The notes under the pieces: model-generated
Databases searched by the model: none
What the model was told of the DNA's origin: nothing
Seen by the model: the letters and a program-made list of their open reading frames with translations, nothing else
IMG/VR virus record: IMGVR_UViG_3300031227_000332
Span: 1-27,353 of that record
Reading direction: 5' to 3' (one strand)
DNA length: 27,353 nt
Source of the DNA: a virus
Taxonomy: Duplodnaviria; Caudoviricetes
Made by a program: the position numbers and the translations under genes
Part shown: one piece after another, positions 17,281 to 23,917 of the stretch
Layout of the letters: each line of letters starts with the position of its first letter
Position numbering within the stretch: position 1 is the first letter of the stretch

Positions 17281-17580
17281 CTATTTAACAAATTTACCGT
17301 TATTTCTCTTTTGTTTGACACTAACAACACAATCTATTTTAACATCATCCCCGTCAACAAGCGGCTCTAAATCTGTAGAATCGACTATTTCATACCCAAC
17401 GGGTGTTTTCCCATACCTATAGGGAAACAATGGACAATTTGGACTTAAACAACCGTCTATTTCTGAATATGACCAACCCATGCACTCGATACACATTTTT
17501 CTTATAGCTCGAAGCGAGGTCAATTTTACATCTATTAAATCACCATTACCGTTTTTTCTTATTTTATGTTTAATGGCCAC
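17281..17580 (-). CDS. Hypothetical Cys4 metal-binding protein
   Basis: AIRKMCIECMG...C....CPLFPYRYGK; AGGAG RBS with GTG start. Confidence 0.7.
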   Translation of the reverse strand: MAIKHKIRKNGNGDLIDVKLTSLRAIRKMCIECMGWSYSEIDGCLSPNCPLFPYRYGKTPVGYEIVDSTDLEPLVDGDDVKIDCVVSVKQKRNNGKFVK

Positions 17581-17602
17581 ATTTTCTCCTTGAATTTTGG
17601 GT

Positions 17603-17632
17603 GTGGGGCCAGACTCTTACAACTGACCCCAC
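17603..17632 (-). promoter_or_regulatory. Intergenic stem-loop, type B copy 2
   Basis: Minus strand GTGGGGTCAG-10 nt loop-CTGGCCCCAC, upstream of an AGGAG RBS. Confidence 0.65.
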
Positions 17633-17673
17633 GTTAAAGAATAATTTTCTACCAATCCCATTCTATGTTAAGG

Positions 17674-18081
17674 TTATACTTTGTAGGTTATTGTGTTTCT
17701 GGTATCTGATACGCAAATATTTGTTGCATTTTCAGGTATATCAATAACAACAGTCTCTTTCTCTGGGATAATTGTCCATTCTTTCTCAAAAAACCAGCAT
17801 ATAAATGGCGAAGTATTACTGTCCATTAAACAATCACGAGCTCCATTATCTTTTGTAAACTCACACCCATCTCCCTTTCTATATTTTACTTTATCACCAT
17901 CCTCTGCCTTCTCCCACGCCTCAAAGAATGTCATTTTTCCTGGGAATAAACAATATACGAAATGATCCGGCATCCCATTATCACAATAATATTCACATTC
18001 GGAACATTTGCAGGTCTTTTCTAGTTTAGGACATTGTTCATTAGTGATAATCCCACACTCATCCATTTTAATCTTTCTCAT
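17674..18081 (-). CDS. Hypothetical Cys-rich protein
   Basis: GGAGG RBS; ATGA overlap. Confidence 0.65.
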   Translation of the reverse strand: MRKIKMDECGIITNEQCPKLEKTCKCSECEYYCDNGMPDHFVYCLFPGKMTFFEAWEKAEDGDKVKYRKGDGCEFTKDNGARDCLMDSNTSPFICWFFEKEWTIIPEKETVVIDIPENATNICVSDTRNTITYKV

Positions 18082-18200
18082 AATTCCTCCTTGTTAAGTT
18101 TTTCTATTCTACATTCACAATCTTCAATTATCGGACATCCTTCACATTGATTAAGTTCTATAATGTTGCCGGACATCGGGCAGATTAATGTTTCATCCAT
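18078..18200 (-). CDS. 40-aa Cys4 mini-protein
   Basis: GAGGA RBS before ATG 18200; MDETLICPMSGNIIELNQCEGCPIIEDCECRIEKLNKEEL. Confidence 0.6.
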   Translation of the reverse strand: MDETLICPMSGNIIELNQCEGCPIIEDCECRIEKLNKEEL

Positions 18201-18210
18201 TTTGTTTTCC

Positions 18211-19410
18211 TCAAATATCAATATCTGTTCCGTGTTCTGGACATCCTTGCATATTGTCACAATTTTCGCATTCGCTTTCAGAAACGTATTTATTTACATT
18301 GGGACACATATATCTTTTTGGTTCTGGTTTTTCTTCAGGAACTTTTTCGTCCACATTTTCAATAAATTCCTGAAATGTCTTTTCGCTATTATACTGAGCT
18401 AAAACGTGTTTAAGTCCCCTAAATATCAACTGTAATGTTACAAGGTCTTTACCTTCAATAGCCTTCCATGATCTTGTTTTAAAGAAATATTCAAAGATTT
18501 CACCTCTAAATGTTTTTTCTGCAGCAGATGAACCGGAAAAATATTTCTTTATTTCTTCTGATATTTCCTCAAGACAAATTTCCTTTTTCTTTTTATTTCT
18601 TATATATTCACCATCCCCGTTTTTGTCAATCATGCCCTCTGATGTGCCATCCTCGTCCACCCCATAATGACTACCTCCAAGATTAAGGGCTTCAATATGT
18701 GGAAGAAAACAATCAAACGTAGGGTTGTCAAACTCTTTTGAATCAATCTTATCAAAACGATCCTTAATAACATGGCAGTTTCTAAAATATGTGCCACCCT
18801 CTCCTTCTGGGTCTGTAAAGTTTTTTGACATTTCTAGTAGTAATCCCGGTTCATATCCTGTTTCTGTTTCAGCTGACATTTTAGTCCCAACCTTTACTGA
18901 CTTGGTTTTCCCTATATTTTGCAAATCGTCATGTTCCTCATATATGCTTCCTTCTCTACCACACATAATAATGTGGAGAGGTTTATTCACATATCTGGTT
19001 GTATAAGAATTATACCATTCGTCTTTGATCGGTTTCCAGTCCCATAACTGTATAAAAGCTCTTTTCTTTTTCTTCTGGTATGCCTGTGTGAACTCTCTCC
19101 AAACGTGTGTGATAGAATCAATAATAAGAATATCACACTCACTTTCTGCTTCGTCTATTGTTGCGCAAAGGTCTGATAGCGATCTGGCTTTAGCCTGCAA
19201 TAACTCAACCCCAGCTTCTTGGAACATCGGCATTAAGTAGTTTGACCCTGTTTCGGTATCAAAAAAAGCTATAGGCTTGTTGCTTCCTATTAACCCATGT
19301 AGCCCGATTGCTATTTTTGATGCTGTGAATGATTTACCGGATCCGGTTGGCCCGTAAATGCCAGCCTTTAAAAATGCCATTGTGTTCTCTGCTTTTTTAA
19401 GAAATTTCAT
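18211..19410 (-). CDS. Sak4-like / AAA_24 P-loop ATPase (single-strand annealing recombination protein)
   Basis: Walker A GPTGSGKS, FFDTETGS, Walker B ILIIDSITHVW, KDR motif; early operon location. Confidence 0.8.
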   Translation of the reverse strand: MKFLKKAENTMAFLKAGIYGPTGSGKSFTASKIAIGLHGLIGSNKPIAFFDTETGSNYLMPMFQEAGVELLQAKARSLSDLCATIDEAESECDILIIDSITHVWREFTQAYQKKKKRAFIQLWDWKPIKDEWYNSYTTRYVNKPLHIIMCGREGSIYEEHDDLQNIGKTKSVKVGTKMSAETETGYEPGLLLEMSKNFTDPEGEGGTYFRNCHVIKDRFDKIDSKEFDNPTFDCFLPHIEALNLGGSHYGVDEDGTSEGMIDKNGDGEYIRNKKKKEICLEEISEEIKKYFSGSSAAEKTFRGEIFEYFFKTRSWKAIEGKDLVTLQLIFRGLKHVLAQYNSEKTFQEFIENVDEKVPEEKPEPKRYMCPNVNKYVSESECENCDNMQGCPEHGTDIDI

Positions 19411-19568
19411 TTCATTTTCTCCAATCTTTCTTTAATTTCTTGAATTGTCTTTTCTGTTTCTTCATTCATTGCGGCAATCTTACCTTCCATATATGCGTCA
19501 AGTTCAGAGTTTATCTTTCCGGCTTCTTTTAGCTCAATAAATTCTTGTTCTACTTGTTGGCTTGCCAT
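19407..19568 (-). CDS. Hypothetical 53-aa protein (not in ORF track)
   Basis: MASQQVEQEFIELKEAGKINSELDAYMEGKIAAMNEETEKTIQEIKERLEKMK; TAATG and ATGA overlaps at the two ends; AGGAG RBS. Confidence 0.65.
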   Translation of the reverse strand: MASQQVEQEFIELKEAGKINSELDAYMEGKIAAMNEETEKTIQEIKERLEKMK

Positions 19569-19768
19569 TATTTTCTCCTTTCTTCAAAATCTATTATTGC
19601 CATATCTTCAACATCTGATTGTATGGCTTCTTGGTCTACAAATACCCAAAACACATCGTCAACTTGTGGTTCACTTGGATATCTTGCATCTTCGCCCTGT
19701 CTTATCTCTTTGTCAACGATGTAGGTTATTTCAACCTCAATCTCTATTGTTGCTTTAAATGATGGCAT
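19568..19768 (-). CDS. Hypothetical acidic protein
   Basis: AGGAG RBS before ATG 19768 (MPSFKATIEIEVEITY...). Confidence 0.65.
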   Translation of the reverse strand: MPSFKATIEIEVEITYIVDKEIRQGEDARYPSEPQVDDVFWVFVDQEAIQSDVEDMAIIDFEERRK

Positions 19769-19769
19769 A

Positions 19770-19871
19770 TTAACTCCTATTATAAAGATCAACCGCTATT
19801 AATATTATTATTATTATAATCTCAAGTGATACTAATAATACTGTTGCCCTTACTCTTATATCGGATAACAT
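19770..19871 (-). CDS. 33-aa hydrophobic membrane peptide (not in ORF track)
   Basis: MLSDIRVRATVLLVSLEIIIIIILIAVDLYNRS; GGGG upstream; fills operon gap. Confidence 0.45.
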   Translation of the reverse strand: MLSDIRVRATVLLVSLEIIIIIILIAVDLYNRS

Positions 19872-19957
19872 GATAACCCCAATACTAATAAAAGTGATAA
19901 GGTTGATATTGAGATTACTGCAAGTCTTAAAAAACTCATGCCTTCTATGTCTTTCAT
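19856..19957 (-). CDS. 33-aa hydrophobic membrane peptide (not in ORF track)
   Basis: MKDIEGMSFLRLAVISISTLSLLLVLGLSCYPI; strong AAGGAGAAG RBS. Confidence 0.55.
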   Translation of the reverse strand: MKDIEGMSFLRLAVISISTLSLLLVLGLSCYPI

Positions 19958-20030
19958 ATCTTCTCCTTAATAATTATTATTAACCTTGTGTGTGAACCCA
20001 CCTATTAGATGAGTTCAGGCCCAGGGTTAA
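19958..20030 (-). repeat. Intergenic stem-loop/RBS module, type A copy 1
   Basis: atcttctcctt..aattattattaaccttgtgtgtgaaccca-[short loop]-tgagttcaggcccagggttaa. Confidence 0.85.
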
Positions 20031-20278
20031 CCATTTATATTTTTGTTACAACTTAAACACAAATATCCGTCAATGGTTTCTTTTATTCTGGATGGTAAAA
20101 AAGAACTTCCACAACTTTCACAATATATTCTTGTAACGTGATATATTTCATCGTTAAACTGTGACACCCTTATTCTTTCACCATTAAGATCATATTCTTT
20201 CCATTCAAAAAATTTAGATATCCCAAATACGCTGCGATTTAAATCTTTTCCGTTTTCTACAACATATTGTTTATTCAC
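20027..20278 (-). CDS. Hypothetical protein with C-terminal zinc ribbon
   Basis: CESC...CLSC; AAGGAGAAG RBS, GTG start. Confidence 0.65.
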   Translation of the reverse strand: MNKQYVVENGKDLNRSVFGISKFFEWKEYDLNGERIRVSQFNDEIYHVTRIYCESCGSSFLPSRIKETIDGYLCLSCNKNING

Positions 20279-20400
20279 ATCTTCTCCTTTAAATTATTAT
20301 TAACCTTGCGTTTGAACCCATTAAGGCAGAGGGATGTGATCGAAAGTACATAATCCTTTATACTCTGTTTTGACCTTAATGAGTTCAGGCTCAGGGTTAA
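20279..20400 (-). repeat. Intergenic stem-loop/RBS module, type A copy 2 (extended inner hairpin)
   Basis: atcttctcctttaaattattattaaccttgcgtttgaaccca-[about 59 nt self-complementary insert]-tgagttcaggctcagggttaa. Confidence 0.85.
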
Positions 20401-20407
20401 GATTTAT

Positions 20408-20608
20408 TTATAACTCAACATCATATGGTATGAATTCCATAGAAGCCAATTCTTTACGCTTATCATCAAGGGCATCTTTTAACTTTTTAATTTTTTCAGA
20501 TATTGAGTTGATACTTATTAAGCAATCCCTAACATCGGCCCTAAATTTAGTATTACACTCTTCTTTTAACTCTTCAATAACTGAATTTATTACTAATTCT
20601 TTTTTCAT
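20408..20608 (-). CDS. Hypothetical coiled-coil protein
   Basis: GAGGT RBS; ATGA overlap. Confidence 0.65.
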   Translation of the reverse strand: MKKELVINSVIEELKEECNTKFRADVRDCLISINSISEKIKKLKDALDDKRKELASMEFIPYDVEL

Positions 20609-20820
20609 TCTGCACCTCTAAAGTTGTTTTCGATTGATGTTGTTATTAATTCACTTAACTCTCCTGCCTTCTCAATAATATCATTAGAAAAACCTATATT
20701 TTCACCTCCATATTCTGAATTAAAATTATTACATGCTATCTCTTTTGTACCCGTCATTACAGCATATTCACCGCTAATTTTGCCTTTTGTAAGTTGCCAC
20801 ATCTTGCATTTAATTTCCAT
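20605..20820 (-). CDS. First gene of leftward operon, hypothetical (no HTH)
   Basis: AAGGAG RBS; start at 20820 or 20826 rather than 20928. Confidence 0.65.
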   Translation of the reverse strand: MEIKCKMWQLTKGKISGEYAVMTGTKEIACNNFNSEYGGENIGFSNDIIEKAGELSELITTSIENNFRGAE

Positions 20821-20859
20821 TTTCATCTCCTTAATTAATAATTTAACGTCTTGTAAAAC

Positions 20860-20888
20860 AGTATAATGAATTAAAATATATTTGTCAA
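20860..20888 (-). promoter_or_regulatory. Leftward sigma70 promoter (PL-like)
   Basis: Minus strand TTGACA (20888-20883), 17 nt, TATACT (20865-20860). Confidence 0.85.
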
Positions 20889-20917
20889 CAATTATTTTAA
20901 ATATATTTAGAAATATC

Positions 20918-20946
20918 TTGTGAAACAAAAATATCTGTGCTATATT
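20918..20946 (+). promoter_or_regulatory. Rightward sigma70 promoter (PR-like)
   Basis: TTGTGA (20918-23), 17 nt, TATATT (20941-46), with TGn extended -10. Confidence 0.7.
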
Positions 20947-20975
20947 GTAATAAACAACAAAAAAAAGGAGAGCAA

Positions 20976-21167
20976 ATGAAAAATACTGAGTTACAAATTG
21001 AGCTACTGAAAAACGGTTATAACCAAAGCACCTTCGCTAAAAAAATGGGGGTACAGAATAGTTTTGTGAGCGAGGTTGTTAATAAGAAGCGTAATCTTGA
21101 TGACAGAGAATGTAAGATGTGGGCCAAAGCCCTAAAATGTGAAGTGTCTGATATATTCGGAGGGTGA
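20976..21167 (+). CDS. Cro-like XRE helix-turn-helix regulator (63 aa)
   Basis: GYNQSTFAKKMGVQNSFVSEVVNKKR...AKALKCEVSDIF; AAGGAG RBS before ATG 20976. Confidence 0.85.
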   Translation: MKNTELQIELLKNGYNQSTFAKKMGVQNSFVSEVVNKKRNLDDRECKMWAKALKCEVSDIFGG

Positions 21168-21168
21168 C

Positions 21169-21519
21169 ATGAAAACAACTTCAGATCATTTTAAACTCTT
21201 CCGTAAGACAGTTCAGAGACTCCTTATAAAGTGGGGTCTTGTCTCTTGGGAGCAAAATATTAGACATGAGGTAATGGATCCCTATTCTTTATCTGAAACA
21301 CACACCAACATACAAGCAAGGCTTTTTATCATAACCCTTAACAAGGATTGGATTGTCCCGATAAACGAGAAAGCATTAAAAGAAATTGCGCTCCATGAGG
21401 TTCTTGAGGTTTTATTGTCAAGACTTGAAAACATGGTAAGACCAGACATGGCAGAAGAGGCTAGAGAAGAGGTGCATGCAATTATACAAACAATAATCAA
21501 TGTAATGGGGGACGTATGA
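21169..21519 (+). CDS. Zincin-like phage protein (HExxE variant)
   Basis: IALHEVLEVLL...REEVH; GGAGG RBS before ATG 21169. Confidence 0.55.
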   Translation: MKTTSDHFKLFRKTVQRLLIKWGLVSWEQNIRHEVMDPYSLSETHTNIQARLFIITLNKDWIVPINEKALKEIALHEVLEVLLSRLENMVRPDMAEEAREEVHAIIQTIINVMGDV

Positions 21520-22436
21520 CAACTACAAGCACAGACAGAAGACAGGAAATAATCAGATATTGTGCAGTGCATGGCGTACCAAAAACCATTAAAAAATTTC
21601 CGGTGAATGAAGAAACTATCAGAAGATACAAAAGAGCAGAATTAATACTTGGCAACATAGATGCACCAGTTAAGAAAATACTCATATTTGATATCGAAAC
21701 CGCACCAATGAAGGGTTATTTTTGGGGAACAAAAAAACAATATATTAACCCTCCACAGATATTAGAGGATTGGAGCATTTTATGTTGGGCTGCGAAATGG
21801 CTTGACGGGGATGAAATATTCACCGATGCAACCTGGTTGACTGGTAAAAAAGTAAGAGATGATAAAAAAATAAGTAAATCCCTTGCAAACATGCTTAGTG
21901 CTGCAGATATTGTTGTAGCTCATTATGGTGATGGTTTTGATATTAAGAGACTAAACACAAGGCTTTTGTTTCACAACCTAGCACAACCAACACCATATAA
22001 GTCTATAGATACCTGTAAGATCTCAAAAAGCATGTTTAGCGTAACATCAAATAGCCTTGATTTTTTAGGTGATTATTTAAAGGTTGGTTGTAAAGTTAAA
22101 CATCAGGGATTCCAGATGTGGATTGATGTGTTGAACGGCTGTAAAAAAGCACAGCAGAAAATGTTGGAATATAATGTCGGTGATATTACATTATTAGAAG
22201 ATGTATATTTAAAATTAAGACATTGGGACAAGAGACACCCAAACGTAAATGTACAGTTTGACAAAATACGATGTCCTGTATGTGGGTCGAGAAACTTAAG
22301 AGACATAGACGATGTATATACTCCCGTTGCTAAGTATTCAGCCAAGGTATGTAAAGATTGTGGAAAATACAGCCGTACAGCACAGCATAAAAAAACTAAA
22401 GAAGAAATGGGAAGAACACAAAGAAATGTAGTTTAA
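21516..22436 (+). CDS. DEDD / RNase_H_2-like exonuclease with N-terminal HTH-like segment and C-terminal zinc ribbon
   Basis: IFDIET, VAHYGDGFD, SLD, YNVGDI..LE; CPVCGS...CKDCG. Confidence 0.85.
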   Translation: MTTTSTDRRQEIIRYCAVHGVPKTIKKFPVNEETIRRYKRAELILGNIDAPVKKILIFDIETAPMKGYFWGTKKQYINPPQILEDWSILCWAAKWLDGDEIFTDATWLTGKKVRDDKKISKSLANMLSAADIVVAHYGDGFDIKRLNTRLLFHNLAQPTPYKSIDTCKISKSMFSVTSNSLDFLGDYLKVGCKVKHQGFQMWIDVLNGCKKAQQKMLEYNVGDITLLEDVYLKLRHWDKRHPNVNVQFDKIRCPVCGSRNLRDIDDVYTPVAKYSAKVCKDCGKYSRTAQHKKTKEEMGRTQRNVV

Positions 22437-22446
22437 GGAGGTTAAT

Positions 22447-22848
22447 ATGTATAAGGTTGGAGATTATGAGTGGAGACAAGTATCAATGTGGGATTTTACG
22501 CCCAGCAACTGTATTGAATCTTATGTGAGGATGGGTAAACATGTTTTTCATCATTATTTAATTATTGTTACTCATATAGTTTCTGATAAGCACAGAAAAA
22601 CTGCAACCGTTTTAGATATTGAAAACATACCAAACAATATTTTTAAAGGTGATGTTTTTATTAAAAGAAACGACAAAAGAACTAGATATTTTTATAAACA
22701 AAAAGAAGTAGAAAACTCAACAATAGAACAAATAGACAAAGTAATTGACTTATTCTTCACAGAATATGAAAAAGGTAATGTAAACAAATGCCTTTATGAT
22801 TTAGCGGTTAAATTAATGGAAGAACTAAAAATAGAAAGAGGTGAGTGA
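22447..22848 (+). CDS. Hypothetical protein
   Basis: AAGGAGG RBS. Confidence 0.7.
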   Translation: MYKVGDYEWRQVSMWDFTPSNCIESYVRMGKHVFHHYLIIVTHIVSDKHRKTATVLDIENIPNNIFKGDVFIKRNDKRTRYFYKQKEVENSTIEQIDKVIDLFFTEYEKGNVNKCLYDLAVKLMEELKIERGE

Positions 22849-23033
22849 TGGCTATAATTAAAGTAGAATTTGAAACAAAGATACCGGACTTTAACGCTTC
22901 AGACCAAGAAATAATTGATTGGGTTAGACTTGAATTACACGCCAATGGTCAACTTTCAATGGACAACCCGTTTTCTGATATTGATTTAGAGGCTAATTTC
23001 TCATCTGTAAAAATAAAAAGAGGTGAACAATGA
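22845..23033 (+). CDS. Hypothetical protein
   Basis: GAGGTG RBS; overlaps both neighbours. Confidence 0.65.
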   Translation: MMAIIKVEFETKIPDFNASDQEIIDWVRLELHANGQLSMDNPFSDIDLEANFSSVKIKRGEQ

Positions 23034-23401
23034 AACATTGTAACGCAAAAAATGGATGTATACACGAAAATGACGAAAACACAACATATTGTGAAGGTAT
23101 CAATTGTACTGCACTAATCCTTGGACATGAGTTTAGTGAATTAAAAACCGCACCCAGCAAGAACCCCGCAAGAACACCGCAAGACATACAGCCAAATGAT
23201 GGTGGATCAACACCGTCACAGTATGGCATACCAGAAGATGCTAAAGACCTACAAGACTTAATAGAAGTCCGAAATATGAATTTTGCTATAGGTAATATTT
23301 TTAAAGCATGTTATCGGCTTGGTTTAAAGAATGCAAAAATATATGATCTTAATAAAATCAAGTGGTTTATTGACAGAGAAATAGAAAGGACAACAAAATG
23401 A
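23030..23401 (+). CDS. DUF3310/SaV-like phage protein with N-terminal Cys cluster
   Basis: PSQY...DLI....MNFAIGNIFKACYRLG.K....DLNKIKWFIDREI. Confidence 0.75.
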   Translation: MKHCNAKNGCIHENDENTTYCEGINCTALILGHEFSELKTAPSKNPARTPQDIQPNDGGSTPSQYGIPEDAKDLQDLIEVRNMNFAIGNIFKACYRLGLKNAKIYDLNKIKWFIDREIERTTK

Positions 23402-23751
23402 AAAGAGTTTATGTGGCCGGCCCTTATAGCGCGGATAATGTTTTAGAAGTTTTACAGAATATTGGAAGGGGAGAGGCTGTGGCTTTAGAAGTTTTTAAAG
23501 CTGGTTTTGCTCCTTTTACACCTTGGCATGATAAGACTTTTTGCATAAGTGCTTATGATGTAGATTTTAGTGTAGAGCAATTTTACAACTATTCTATAGC
23601 TTGGTTAGAAGTTTCTGACGCTGTTTTATTAGTAGAGGGTTGGGAAACTTCAAAGGGTACACTTGCAGAGATAGAAATAGCTAAAAATAATGATATCCCC
23701 GTGTTTTTTAATCTTAATGATCTTGTTAGCTTTTTTAAACAAAGTGCTTGA
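23398..23751 (+). CDS. DUF1937/DUF4406 nucleoside deoxyribosyltransferase-like protein
   Basis: RVYVAGPYS...PF.PW...WLEVSDAVLLVEGWETSKGT.AEIE.A....IPVF. Confidence 0.8.
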   Translation: MKRVYVAGPYSADNVLEVLQNIGRGEAVALEVFKAGFAPFTPWHDKTFCISAYDVDFSVEQFYNYSIAWLEVSDAVLLVEGWETSKGTLAEIEIAKNNDIPVFFNLNDLVSFFKQSA

Positions 23752-23790
23752 CATTGAAGGATAGGTATGAAAATTTTGTATATAAAGTTA

Positions 23791-23897
23791 ATTCCGTTAG
23801 GGGGAATGTCAAATGAATAATCAAATAGGCAGGTTTTGTAAGAGCTTTTTATCGTACCCTAACGACGATTTAAGGCTCTTACTTTATCTGTCTTTTT
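23791..23897 (+). promoter_or_regulatory. Structured leader (two hairpins with complementary loops; terminator-like) upstream of replication gene
   Basis: ATTCC/GGAAT hairpin carrying CGTTAGGG; long stem AGGCAGGT/ATCTGTCT, GTAAGAGC/GCTCTTAC, ATCGT/ACGAT with loop CCCTAACG; then a T-run. TTGACA at 23748. Confidence 0.7.
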
Positions 23898-23908
23898 ACG
23901 TTTATTGA
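23813..23908 (+). CDS. Possible 31-aa leader peptide
   Basis: MNNQIGRFCKSFLSYPNDDLRLLLYLSFYVY; GGGGGA upstream; stop overlaps the GAGG RBS of the next gene. Confidence 0.35.
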   Translation: MNNQIGRFCKSFLSYPNDDLRLLLYLSFYVY

Positions 23909-23917
23909 GGTTAAGTA

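Noticed and set aside
20300-20400. Hammerhead ribozyme in the type A element (contains CGAAA and TGAG)
   Set aside because: No CTGANGA core in the required order and geometry on either strand.
14470-20866. Plus-strand ORFs within the leftward operon
   Set aside because: Shadows of RBS-supported, overlapping minus-strand genes.
20827-20975. ORF-track extensions to starts at 20928 (minus) and 20937 (plus)
   Set aside because: They run through the promoter region; proper RBS-ATG pairs are at 20820/20826 and 20976.
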